From Eledone cirrhosa (taxonomy: Eukaryota), in assembly GCA_964016885.1 (NCBI GenBank), contig OZ024743.1, positions 9,858,001 to 9,922,000 on the forward strand: a DNA stretch of 64,000 nucleotides, written 5' to 3'. The notes beneath the pieces were generated by a model. It saw only the letters and a program-made list of their open reading frames with translations, searched no databases and was not told the DNA's origin. Both the position numbers and the translations under genes were made by a program. This document shows, piece after piece, positions 12,250-24,200 of the stretch (positions are counted from its first letter, which is position 1; every line of letters starts with the position of its first letter).

Positions 12250-12665
12250 TGTAACTGGACTGGTATCACAAACTATTTATTTCAATTCCCAAATAATAAA
12301 CTACATGGTTTCCACTTCAAAGTAATCCCCTTCGAGTTTATTGTACTTTTCCATCCTTCCTTGCCACGTTTCTATGCACTGCTAGACGGAGTCACTCATG
12401 GATGCCTCTCAGCTCCTTCGTTATGGCACTCTTGATGGGCTCCACACCTTCAAAACTGGTCCCATTGATGACTCCCTTGAGCTTGGGGAAAAGGAAAGAG
12501 TCACATGGAGCAAGATCAGGTGAATAAGGAGGTTGTTCCTGTCTGGTTGTCGACCAGGAACTGCCACCGACCGTTGTCAGCCGGCAATCTGCCGCGTGCC
12601 CAAATGTTTGATGATAATCTTCAAAACGTTGTCGCAATTCATGATCAGCTCACTTGCGATCAGTC
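12250..12665 (-). mobile_element. Internally deleted mariner (Tc1/mariner) transposase relic
   Basis: QPPYSPDLAPCDSFLFPKLK (mariner YSPDLAPxD motif) preceded by an HTH-region fragment LIASELIM...LGTRQI. Confidence 0.88.
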
Positions 12666-12679
12666 AAACACTCAGCCTC

Positions 12680-12895
12680 AGTCGTGTGCTGTAGTCTTGA
12701 GCAAAATACTTCATTTCTTGTTGCTCCAGTATACTCAACTGAACATGAGTACCAACAATAGCTGGGAGTTTAACCATGCGATGGACTGGCGTCCTATACT
12801 GGAGAAGCATTCTACTTTCAATCGCTTAACAGGGAAACCGGTATAAGCACCGGCCTGATGAGCCTCCGTGTTCGAGACAGGCCTTAGACTTTAGA
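12680..12895 (+). mobile_element. SINE body (second family, 5'-truncated)
   Basis: cttgagcaaaatacttcat...gcgatggactggcgtcc...gaaaccggtataagcaccggcctgatgagcc resembles widespread metazoan SINE central and 3' domains. Confidence 0.65.
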
Positions 12896-13204
12896 GACAT
12901 ATATGTATATAATGAGAGAGAAAGACGGTTTGATGAATAGTATAAAGTTTATATAATACACATTGACGCTTAAAGAGGTTCATCACCTTTCAGACTTTCT
13001 GAAATGTTTAGGCCACTAATATCAGATTCCACTGAAAATGCCATAGTTATTAATGACAATTTGATTTTTTTTAATACTGGAAGATTAATTTCTTCATTGA
13101 TTTTATGAAGAAAGCTCTTATGTACATGTAAACATATACACTCTTGCCATAAAAGATTGTTCTACATTATATTCCAAATTAATGAGAATACTTAATCAAT
13201 AACT

Positions 13205-13585
13205 AGACTTTTGTGTTTCCCTGTCTCCTGAGACGCTGTCCATACTCCTATACCCGATTCACGTGCTTTACGTATACATTGTATACTTTGACCCGGTACA
13301 GCGGAGCTCCTTCGCGGGATCGGAACGTTCGCAGCCCATCTGAGGAAGGAGCCATGCGGGTTGGGTGACTGTTGCAGCGGTCCTGTCCGCGGGGCACAGC
13401 ACTTCTGCCCCCTTGCCCTAGGCTCAAAGCCCTATCACCCTCCCCTTCACCCCTCCCCTCTCTTCTGCGACACCAGAGCTCTTGCCATCCCCCCACTTCC
13501 CGTTTTTTTTTCTTTCTTTTTCTCTTTTTTCTCTATATTTCCCTATTCATTTTTTCTTTTGTTTCCTTTTCTTTTTCTATAATTG
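13205..13585 (-). mobile_element. Probable ORF1 relic of a Tx1-like LINE
   Basis: GC-rich; MARALVSQKR and APLYRVKVYNV resemble ARAMVSRN and QKIVRVKVTQV of the neighbouring ORF1. Confidence 0.35.
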
Positions 13586-13603
13586 TCATTATTATTATTA
13601 TTC

Positions 13604-13801
13604 GGTGGATTGGCAGTATCGGTAGAGGGTCGGTCTCATGCTTTGCAGCAAAGAGTTACCGCCCTTTATGGTCTGAGTTCAAATCCCGCCGAGATTAATT
13701 TGCCTTTCATCATTATGGGGTCGATAAAATAAAGTACCAGTAATGCACTGGGTAATTGCTGGATTGTGCCTAAAGTAGAAACAATTATTATTATTATTAT
13801 T
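13604..13801 (+). mobile_element. tRNA-derived SINE (main family) with (ATT)n tail
   Basis: A-box-like tggcagtatcgg, B-box gagttcaaatcc, Deu/Nin-like core gcctttcatc...ggggtcgataaaataaagtacc; more than 10 copies in the window. Confidence 0.9.
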
Positions 13802-14004
13802 GGTCTGTTCGGACGGTTTTTCTCGCTCCCAGTAAGTCGCTTTATTTACCTGTTATAATTATTTGTTGCTTAATTTTTCTTGTTGTGTAAGGGATATAAG
13901 CCCTTGGACTTTGGTCTGTGAAGGGGAAAGTATAATATTTGGGCCTTTTGGCCCAAATATTTGATTAATATTTGAACATTTTACTTTTCAAAATTAAAAA
14001 AAAC

Positions 14005-15960
14005 ATGACTGAGCCACGCCCCCTAACAATATTTCTGCTGTGACAACGGCGTAAAAGTTGAAAGGAGGGTTACAGAAATTTATACAACAAACACCACCAC
14101 AAACAACGTGAACAAAGACAATACTGAGAACACTAATTTTAAAAAATTACCACACAAATTACAACAATAACAGCGACAACCAAAATACAGACAACAGAAA
14201 CAAATGACAACAAATGCAACAACGATATTAACACCACTACCAAGAAAATAAACAATGACAACAGCAACAGAAACAATATAAGTTGCACCGAAAACAACAA
14301 CAACGGTTGCATAATAAACACAACCAACTACAACAGTGATAACAGCAACAACACCAACAACACCGTTTGTAGCAGTATTGTAGCAGTAGCTACAGCAACA
14401 GCACCAACAACAAGACCAGTAGCAGCATTAGCTGAAAAAGAGGCCATTTCTTTCGCAGGTGTGGCCCGAAATATAGAGACAGTGCTAGTCACGGAGGAGG
14501 AGATGGCAGTCGCAAGAGCCATGGTGTCAAGAAACGACAATAGAGTTTCCACCCGATTTCTTCAAAGACCAGCAGCTGCGCACGGTGACTTACCGCACCG
14601 TAAGCAAAATGTTACATCGCGTGGAGAGAGCCACGGAGGCTCAAATCCAAAAGGCCTTGGGGTGCGGCTGGGCGCGCAAAACCTACATCACCCGAGGCAA
14701 AAAGTACGCTACAGTAGACGTACTTTTCGCCCCCCCCCCCTCCAAGAGGCGAAGAGTGAAGAGATAGTCTTGGTGCCCTCCTACTGCGGACAGAAAATTG
14801 TGAGGGTCAAAGTGACCCAGGTCCCGTCCGACGTGCCCATACCTTGGCTGGCTGCATTTGTACTTGCTGGAATCGAGGAGAAGACCACCATACTGCAAAT
14901 ACAGAGAATGGGAAGAGAGAACTGGTCAGGAATAGGCATGCAAATTCTTATACACACAGACCAGGAGTGCATCGAGGCCATCCCAGACATCATAGACCTC
15001 GAGGAAGGACTTCAACTCCCTATAAGCGTGGAAGGGAGGCGCCCAAAATGCTATCTCTGTGGACAGAATGGTCACCTCAGGGCCTTCTGCCCGCAGAAGA
15101 CGCCAAGAAAAGAGCCCCCTCCTTCCGACGGATTATCCGCTGCTACCAAGAGCAGGGCAGGCAACAGAGGCAGAAGACCCTTCGATGGTGAGTAGGAGGG
15201 CAACGTCCGTGGCACCCATACCAAGGACGCGGACAACTAAAGCAGTGGCAGCAGTGGCGGCAACACCAACAGTCGCAGTAGCTTCACCGGCGGCAAAATC
15301 GCCGGAGCGGGCTCCACTACCACCACCAACAGCAGTGGAGCTCATACCCCTCCGAGACGCCACGGAATCCGACATGCAGTATGAGGCGGGAGGGAAGTGG
15401 CAAACGGTCTACCACAAAAAAAAAAAGAAAAAAAACCCTTAGCTTCACCGTCCAGAAGCGAAGGCAGACAAAGAGGGGTAAAGGCTGCAAGGAGACTTGC
15501 AGCAACACCACCACCATCACCACCACAAACATCACTACCAACAACAACCACACCACCACCAGCATCACCAAATACACCAACATCCCAAACATAACAAAAC
15601 ACACACACCCAACAGCAACAACAAGAAAACAGCAACAAAATCACCCTCCCTCCAAAAAGTACACAGCCATAAACATGGCAAATAAAGAACTCTTACAACA
15701 TATAAAGCAGCACACAAACGCCACAGAAAAAAAACTACTACACCCCACCAACACCAAGAACTCTCCCGAAAAACATAAACATAATTGAAATCAAAATAGA
15801 ACATTACAAACTGTTAAAAGAAAAATTCTCCAACGCAGTTGGAGACTACGGAGGGTCGGTTCCCAAAAGGATATACACCGACATCCTCTTGGAAACACCC
15901 ATGACCAGCCAAAGGGACGGTTCTACTGTCCCTTCACCACACGATCAAGGTAAATGATCC
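14005..15960 (+). pseudogene. LINE ORF1 (Asn/Thr-rich ends, zinc knuckle), frameshifted
   Basis: VEGRRPKCYLCGQNGHLRAFCP (CX2CX4HX4C). Confidence 0.8.
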
Positions 15961-15989
15961 TTTCTCACCAACCCCGTTTCTCATCCAAC

Positions 15990-18900
15990 ATGGCCATACT
16001 TAGAATAGGCAGTATAAATGTACGTGGCCTGGGATCATCTTGGAAGCAGGGCCACCTGCTCAACGACCTCAGGTCACTAAACATAGATGTGGTGGCCATC
16101 AACGAGACAAAAATCTCCGGAGCACGATTGTTCGCACCAATCTTCGGCGGCTACGATGTATACGCATCTCCCAGCCGTCTAGGATAGGGGAGAGGGATTG
16201 CCGTGCTTTTCCGGAGAGGCTTGGATCTCGCCATACGGGCCATCTTCCTGGACCCGGAAGGTAAGTCGGTGGTGCTGGAAGTGACCGGCAGCGAAGGCAA
16301 TGCTTTCAGGCTACTAGCCGTCTACGCCCCAACGGGCAGGACGGCCAGATTTCTTCAGACTTCTAGAGATCTTTCTTGGAACGTCCCGCTCTTTAGTGTT
16401 AGTGGGCGACTGGAACGGTATCTTAGATGCACGCTGAGATTATGTGGGGCTAGTAGACAGGGCAAGAGGGTGTAAAAGCCTCAACAACCTGCTCAGACGT
16501 TTTGGACTGTCTGACAGGTATAGACTGGATTATCCGAATGTGCCAATGTGGACATGGGCAAACCGCATCGGGTCATCCAGATCGTATTTAGATAGGGTAT
16601 TCTGTAGGGAAACAGATAAGGTTAGTGTAGGTTGTCTACAATTTAAAGTAGTCGACTACACGGACCACAAATTTGTGATCTGTGAAGTTAACTTATATAG
16701 ACTCCATAGGCAAGGGCCCGGCTACTGGTAGCTGAACGCGTCGTTCCCGGTGCGCAAAGCTTACAGAGACCAGATTAGCGAATTAGTTAAGCGTGCGTTG
16801 ACGGGTGCGATCGTCAACAACAGGTGGTGGTTTACGCTGAAAAGGGCTATTAGAGTAGAATCGACAAGGTTTAACAAAGGAGTAGTGATAGAGGAAAACA
16901 GAGTAGAGGCAGAGTTAGTTAGAAAGCTATATGAAGCGTTTAGGACATGCATCGCAACAGACGTGCTTGCGGCGAGATTGGCACTCGACCAATTCTTCAA
17001 CGCAAAGCATGAAGGCTGCGTTGTCAGAGCTAGAGCGCGTGCTCTAAGACTCGAGGAGACGAAAGACGTTCAATGGGCCCGGGTGGTGGAGGCACGACGT
17101 GGCAACAAGTCCACAATTCGGTCAAAACGGGCGCATGTTGCTCGAACCCGAGGAGATGTGTGCAGCTTTTCAACAGCACTTTGCTCAATTGTTCGGGAGC
17201 AGTGGCGGGCCGGATCAGAGCATGGCGTTCGGTGCATACCTCGACGTACTGCCGAGGCTCTCGACGACCTCAGCGCAGTGCTGCGAAAAGCCGATAACAG
17301 TAGGTGAAATACGGGAAGCGATGTCTGACTGAACGAGGGGTAAATCGCCAGGTTTGGATGTTCTGCCCTACGAGCTTTATGCGTATATGCCAGACTTGTT
17401 CGGCGACCTCTTGGCAGATGTCTACTGCAACTGGCAGCAGGACGGGAGCATTTCCAGTTTTGTGAGCCGGGGAGCGGTGGCGCTGCTGAGACCCGAACAA
17501 GGGGGACGTTATAGACAACTTCAAGCCCATAGCTCTGCTAAACGCAGAGTTTAATATTTTGGCGAAGGTATTAGCAAAGAGACTGGCTGAGGTCCTCGAG
17601 GAGGCCGGCTTCGGGAGCGATTGTGAGGGTGAATGGCCACCTGTCGCAGTCTTTCGGCATCATGTACTCGGTCCGCTAGATTTGCCCCCTCTCGTCCCTC
17701 TTGTACGTACTGGCCCTCGAGCTGTTACTGCACAAATTGGAGACGATGAGGGGGGTCCCACGCGAACTGGGATGCGGGAGATCCATGTCAGCTTATGCCG
17801 ACGACGTCACCGTGGTGGTGTCGAGCACCAAACACGTCCAGATGCTCGACACCGCTCTCAAGGAATACGAAGCGGTGACAGAAAAAAGATAAACCAGGAA
17901 AAGTCGGTGGGCTTGCAACTCGGCACCTGGCGAGGCAAGTCCATGACGTCCGATAGCGTCGTGGGGCGCTGGACAGAAGTACCGGTTAAATTGCTCGGGG
18001 TCTGGTACGGTCCGGACCTCCAGATGGAGAAAAACGGGAGAAAGGTGACGAGCAGGGTGGCCTCTCTCACCCAGAAATGGGCCGAGAGGAGGCTATCTCT
18101 GAGAGGTCGGACGGAGGTGGCGAATGCGTACGCCTGACAGTCGTACCTTGCCCCCGCCCAACTCTGACCAAAATGGACTAGGCATGCCGTGGCTGATGAT
18201 ACGTAAAGATGCGCTGAGGCTGCGACATCTCTAGTGTGCTTTCTTGACGGTGAACAGGTGTGGTCGCCGTTTACCAGACGCGCTTTTCCCCAGCTCGTCT
18301 CCTTGACGGAGCTGCAGTCCTGGATCAGGAAAGGACCGAGGGATAGCGCTTGGAAGCTGGAATGTCTCCAAGCGCTCACCGCCCTCTACCAGCTGAACAC
18401 TAGTATCGGTGGAACATTCACCTCGGCGTTCTATAGAGGGCTAGTGGAGGGAAAGAGCGACGACGTTCTCAGGTAGACCCTGGGCGTCAAAGACGATCGG
18501 CTGTTCGCCCTCTTCAAAGAACTTTCAGACCGGGGCCTATGGACAACTTCCAGAAATCCCTGGCCTGGCATTACTACCGGGGAGCGTTGGCGGTTCGGGA
18601 TAAGCTCTACAGGCACGGAGGTGCTGTCAGCCGCCCCTCTCCGAGATGCTCGCAGGGCGACGAAACCATCCTGCACGCACTCGTTCAGTGCCAGAGGATT
18701 GCTGACTTGTGGAGCTATCGAACAGCTGCTGTCGCGTGTAGTCCATTGTGTAGATAGCCCCGCCATCCTCCTTTAAAGAGGAGGAAGGGCAGGCAGTTTT
18801 CATCTACCTGGAGGCCATGGCGAAAGAGATTGTGTGGTGGACAAGGTTGAAAGGGTTGAAGACGGACACTTTCCTCTCCGGCCAATCCCTTATTAACTTT

Positions 18901-19028
18901 TTCAAGTTTCACTTGAACAGGAAAATCAGGGTGGAGAGGCAAGTGCTGTCTTCTAGTTTGTTGAAAGGTGGGTGAAAGTGGCGAGTCTGGGACGAGTGAA
19001 CGGGCCCGCTCTGAGTATGCGCCTGTAG
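15990..19028 (+). pseudogene. LINE ORF2 (APE endonuclease + reverse transcriptase), multiple stops, frameshifts and a deletion in the RT
   Basis: SINVRGL, INETK, VYAP, GDWN, SYLDR, TDHK, GPGYW, KSPGLD.LPYE, SAYADD, IN.EKS, KLLGV, C...DETILHALVQC. Confidence 0.92.
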
Positions 19029-19307
19029 ACTGAGGAGTGGGAAAAGTGAGAGAGGGCGTTTGCCCTGGTGATCAGGGTGGCCGTGGTCTTTTGTGTGGTT
19101 TTCACCACGAATGACCCTCGGAGGTTTCCCCCTTATTGGGGAATTTTTGTTTGAATTTTTTAATATTTCTATCCCAATTTCTATCTTGTTGTAACCTATT
19201 TACACGACCAAAACCCACTTTGTCTCGTCCTGTACTGTTCTGTGCCGTCTGTAATGTTTTTCTTCGTGTGCGCCCTTGTGGCCAATAAAGAAACCATTAT
19301 TATTATT

Positions 19308-19490
19308 AGTGAATTGGCAGTATCGGTAGAGGGTCGGACGCCATGCTTTGACGCATAGAGTTACGGCCCTTGCCATTCTGAGTTCAAATCCCGCCGAGGT
19401 TAACTTTGCCTTTCATCCTTACGGGGTCGATAAAATAAAGTACCAGTAATACACTGGACAATTGCTGGCCTTATGCCAAAAGTAGAAACA

Positions 19491-19523
<33 letters not shown>
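19308..19523 (+). mobile_element. tRNA-derived SINE (main family) with (ATT)n tail
   Basis: Full-length match to 13604-13801. Confidence 0.92.
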
Positions 19524-20054
19524 GTAAATAAGATTTTCCCTTACTGAACTTTATAGGGCATTGTGGTTGCACAATCTGCCTGAACTTGGGTGGTAGACTT
19601 AATCCTGCACCTGTTTTAACCCCAATACTAGACCACTAAATTTTAGCTGCGACTACTCTGTTGTAAACATTCTTAAAGGTATCTGATCAGTGGAACACTT
19701 CCCTCTTCCTCCCACAGTTCTCGAAGACATTGAACAAACTTATGGGTCATGGCATTCGATCTCTAGCTGATCGGTAAAAGAAAAAAAGGAACTAAATCTC
19801 CCGAAAATAAATGACACATTTGAAAATGAAGTCGGAGATATCCTTAATACGAGAGGATAGTCAGGGCTTGTATGTCTTTAATCATGTATTCTTGACACGA
19901 ATTAACCTGGAGCTAAACAAAAACAGCAAAAGTTATACGTAAGTGATTGTGCTTAATTTGAGAAATGTATAAACTAACTTGGTTGCTCATGGTTCGTTAA
20001 ATCTCCACACCTTCTCTGTCAGATGAACTGCATATTCCTAATACAGACAACATC

Positions 20055-20270
20055 ATATGAACTAGCGGTAGGTACTAGAGACGGTGGAGATCCTGACTTT
20101 GGGTTCAATCCTGGTCAAGAGGTACATGTAACCTTTTTCAGTTTTTATTTTACAACCAATAGAAAAAAAACTGAAAAGGTTTACCGGGAACGCTACTCCC
20201 GACTAGGATCGAACTTCAGACCAGGATCACCACCTTCTATTATTCTTCCAACTAGACCAACGAGACAGCT
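20055..20270. repeat. Convergent inverted pair of tRNA-like (B-box) units
   Basis: + strand ggtggagatcctg...ggttcaatcctggtc and - strand ggtggtgatcctgg...agttcgatcctagtc. Confidence 0.5.
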
Positions 20271-20575
20271 ACAAAAGTATAATGAAAATTGATAATTATA
20301 AATCTATTTTCAAAATCAAAGTTTAAAAGATGTGGTGTCGTTCATGTCTTTCCTAGAGTTATTAGTAATATTTAGGGTCGACTGCTGGTCATTATTGAAA
20401 GTCTCTGGATTTCGCAAAATACATAATATTTTTTTATTGGAGAAGGTAAGATATCTTTCCGCAAAAACTTTATTGCACTGTTTTGTTTTCACTTATGTAT
20501 TTTTCGAAAATGATATTTATTCATTATAAAAATTAAATGATAGCGTTCTATATGTAGGTGGGCCCGCCCCATCTC

Positions 20576-20720
20576 CTGGCAACCAATATTATTAGACCCA
20601 GCCAACCACTGCATACATGCATGCATACATGCATACATATACATGCATACACCCATATATATACATATATACTGGCAACCAATATTATTAGACCCAGCCC
20701 GCCACTGCATACATGCATAC
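20576..20720. repeat. Two direct copies of ctggcaaccaatattattagacccagcc..ccactgcatacatgcat in a (CATA)-rich tract
   Basis: Direct reading at about 20576 and 20672. Confidence 0.85.
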
Positions 20721-20784
20721 ATGCATACACATACATGCATACACACATATATATACATATATACATACATGCATACACACACAG

Positions 20785-20816
<32 letters not shown>

Positions 20817-20848
20817 GTATTCATTTTATTAAGGCTAAATAGTGAGTC

Positions 20849-20895
20849 TAGTTACTCTGGAGTTTCGCCTATTTATCACAGGGTCATCAGACATG
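20849..20895 (-). ncRNA. Minimal type I hammerhead
   Basis: Minus strand: gt CTGATGA c cctgt gataa atagg c GAAA ctc ca gag TA ac. Confidence 0.78.
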
Positions 20896-21010
20896 TTCTT
20901 GACTTGTGTGCGCCCAGGTTTAGGATTTGTTATGTGTCACTTGCGCATCATTTTAGTTTCTTTAATACCTGTTCTAAATGTGCTAAGAATGATTACCAGG
21001 TATCATTATT

Positions 21011-21262
21011 AAATCCCGCCGAGGTTAACTTTGCCTTTCATCCTTACGGGGTCGATAAAATAAAGCACCAGTAATTAATGCACTGGGGTCGATTTATTCG
21101 ACTTTTCCTTCCTCTTACAAAAAATTGCTGGCCTTGTGCCTAAATTAGAAACAATTATTAAATCCCGCCGAGGTTAACTTTGCCATTCATCCTTAAGGGG
21201 TCGATAAAATAAAGTACCAGTAATGTACCTTATGGCCTTGTGCCAAAAATAGAAACAATTTT
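21011..21262 (+). mobile_element. Two tandem 5'-truncated main-family SINEs
   Basis: Both start at aaatcccgccgagg; att(a/t)ttaaatcc is present three times (21005, 21154, 21258). Confidence 0.9.
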
Positions 21263-24200
21263 TAAATCCTGTTGCTTTGATTTCTGTATGTAGTTCTTTT
21301 TTATTGAAAGTGATGGTTTGTCATATTTGATGTTCTTACCACTTGCTCATAAAAGTAAATAAGGTAGACGTGTTAGGTACTGCTTGTAGTCTAATTATTT
21401 GAAGTCTGGATTTTAAGTGGTTCACATGGAGTTGATTTGTAGGGTTATAAATTACGAATGGGATAAATATAAGTATGATGTATGTTCATGAGATTATGCA
21501 TATGCTTGAGATGTCGGAAATTTGTAGGGCTATATTTAAACAGGGTGCATGAGATAGCAGGGGCCTTTATGAATCGATTGATCATTCACAATTAGCAGCG
21601 ATATTCGTAATCATGCCATATTGCCATTAAAAGCAAAGGAAATACTGCTAATCATATGATCAAGAATCAAACGAAAACAATCAACAGATCAACACATAGC
21701 AAAACAGAAAGGATGAAATGAATATGATTATTAGTTGTTATATGACCTAACTTCAGCTGTTATGAAGCGCTCTAATAGCATGCTGGTATTTGGTCAAACA
21801 AACGTGGCCCGTTGATTTCGTATTCCAATTATAACATGCCTCTACCTCATTAATAACTATAAGACATTTACCGACAAGCATTGTGGTGTCCTTATCTTCG
21901 TTCACATATTTCTTAAATTCATTGATTATAACTTCAGGATGGAATACAATAATCAATATTTCTAGTGTTATATAGCTATGTAAAATAGATGCAATAGTAG
22001 AATGAAAACTAAATTTATACAAGATTTGTTCTTTTGCTTTCGAAAATAAACTACCCCAGTACCCACTAATATTTATACTCTTTGGGTCTTGTAAAAGAAT
22101 AAAGGCAAGCAATCGTGTATTCGCCCATTAAAGCTGCATATATGTTAATAAAGGATTTTGTTTCTTTTGGCGAGTAATTTGAATATCTCAATTTAAAAAC
22201 CTTTCTTAGGCACAATTTCAGTAAAAATGTAGTCATTGATAAATGACGACATAAAAACAAGTTATTAAAAGAAATCTTTACGGCTATTATGCATAATGAA
22301 TTGGTGGTTTGTGGAATGAGTTAACCAGCATCAAATATGATTGTTATATGATACCTTTTGCCGCAGAATTTTTTTCAAAGCAAACTGACTTTACCAGCTG
22401 CCGATAAAAGAGGAACATTTCTAAACAGAAGCATTGAAGCATTAGAATTACAACTAATGTGGATATTAAATCGGAATAAATTGCCTGTCTATATTTGAAA
22501 GTTACATGAATATGTCTTTTATAACGAAACTATAATGTTGAGGTATTACAAATTTAATAAGGTTTAAACATATAATCATCTCACTTCCACTTTCTTTATC
22601 TTAAATTTGACATTTCAAATTTATAGTGACCAATTACTTATCTGAAATATTCATCATTTCAGTTTACTTAGGTGAGCCAAAGGTTAATATTTTTCTGTTG
22701 ACCTTGTGAGGTTTTAACTTTTATACACCAATGAATCACTTTCCGTTTGCATTGCGACTGCAACAATTTATTGAAAGAACACTCTCGGTCCTTTCTTGCC
22801 ATAAAATTAATTTTATTTGCATAAAATGATAGTGCTTGTAGATGTGATAAATAGTTTTGTTGATGGTATAAACTAGCTATTATAATGGTGTAGCATTATG
22901 CAGGCAAATATAAAATTTTCAAAATTAATGAGTGGCTACAATGAATCTTTGAAAGTGAAACATTACAGAACATTGATTTATGATCTCTGCAAAACTTATT
23001 TGGAGAAAAATTGGAATTTACAATTCTTCTGCTTGCAGGATGATTATAATTTATTCTTCATAAAGAATTATTCGAATTACTCTTCACACCAAGTGTGTAT
23101 ATCAGTATTATATGTAAAATGTGTTCGCAGTGTTATAGTGATATAGATCATCTGTTAACAGTTTAACATATTACTATTTCTAGCGTAACACCAATGCGAA
23201 ACCTCTGTAATACTCGATATGTTTTTTCACTTTATGATATAGTGAAGATGATGTACACAGCGTGTAATAAGTCTTGTTTGCTGAAACATTTACCATTTTC
23301 AGAGTAAAAATGCAATGAATAAAGACGCTCGTAATGATTAACGACTAAAAAAAGTGAAAGAAAAATAATAATTCGGTGCTTAGCAACTATAATTTAACGT
23401 TGAGTTTTTATATCCTTACCGATGATGTATGAGGGTCCATGAAATGTATCAAAAATCACAATCTAAATCTAATATATTTGGGAAGAATTTAAGTAAACAT
23501 ATTATACTTCGTGCAGTTTTACACACTAGCTTATTAGATATTGAATTATTAACAGGGCATATATTTACCATTATGCGTTGGGTGAAATAGTATATCTGTA
23601 ATGAAAAATATACATAGGCATGTTGCTTTTATTATGAGTTTTATTCGGGAAAAAATAGAATACATCAATAATTCTTTATTATAAGTCAACAACATTTAAT
23701 TTCGCTAATATTTCTTACAAGAAAAGAAGAAAAAACACGCTAAAACTGAAGTTATGAAGCATACTAACATTGAACTCATTTTTATAGTGTTCCAATCTTT
23801 CGATATTTATAGCACACGAAGCGGTGATTTTTCTCATGAAACAATTATCTCAGACACGTCAACTAAACTAATAAGAACTAGGAATATTTGTGTTAAGATT
23901 TTATTAAATGTCGGTGAGGCTATTAAAACTGAGAGTTGTCAATGCGATCAATAATTGTTATTCGAGAAATTTACCAATCAAAATAAAGTGCTTTCATTAA
24001 GCATTTATCTGTTTAAATATTCCGAATATTAGACTAGTATTTAGTTTAAATCGAGAGATCTACTTACAATGCTTTTCGTCTGTCAATAGTAAATATTGTA
24101 AAGTGTTTTTACCATAACATAGCAATATTCTTTACTGGAAATTGCCTTCACTGCTACCAAACCTTATTCTTTTATAAGTTAAATATATATTTCAATAACG

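Larger units (their letters stand above)
13802..19295 (+). mobile_element. Near full-length, disrupted L1/Tx1-clade LINE
   Basis: ORF1 with CCHC knuckle, ORF2 with APE endonuclease + RT + C-terminal Cys/His motif, AATAAA at the 3' end, and (ATT)n on both sides. Confidence 0.92.
20820..21600 (-). mobile_element. Old PLE 3' end/pLTR interrupted by two SINEs
   Basis: Hammerhead at 20849-20895, weak IK..KPSL..KKE GIY-YIG tail near 21300-21340, ends at (TA)n. The distal boundary is uncertain. Confidence 0.5.

Noticed and set aside
12833-12866. GAAACCGG...CCGGCCTGATGAG resembling a permuted hammerhead
   Set aside because: No UH cleavage site or stem I; it is part of a SINE 3' domain.
21753-22260. 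119-aa and 64-aa minus-strand ORFs with possible splice sites
   Set aside because: No recognisable domain; compatible with chance.
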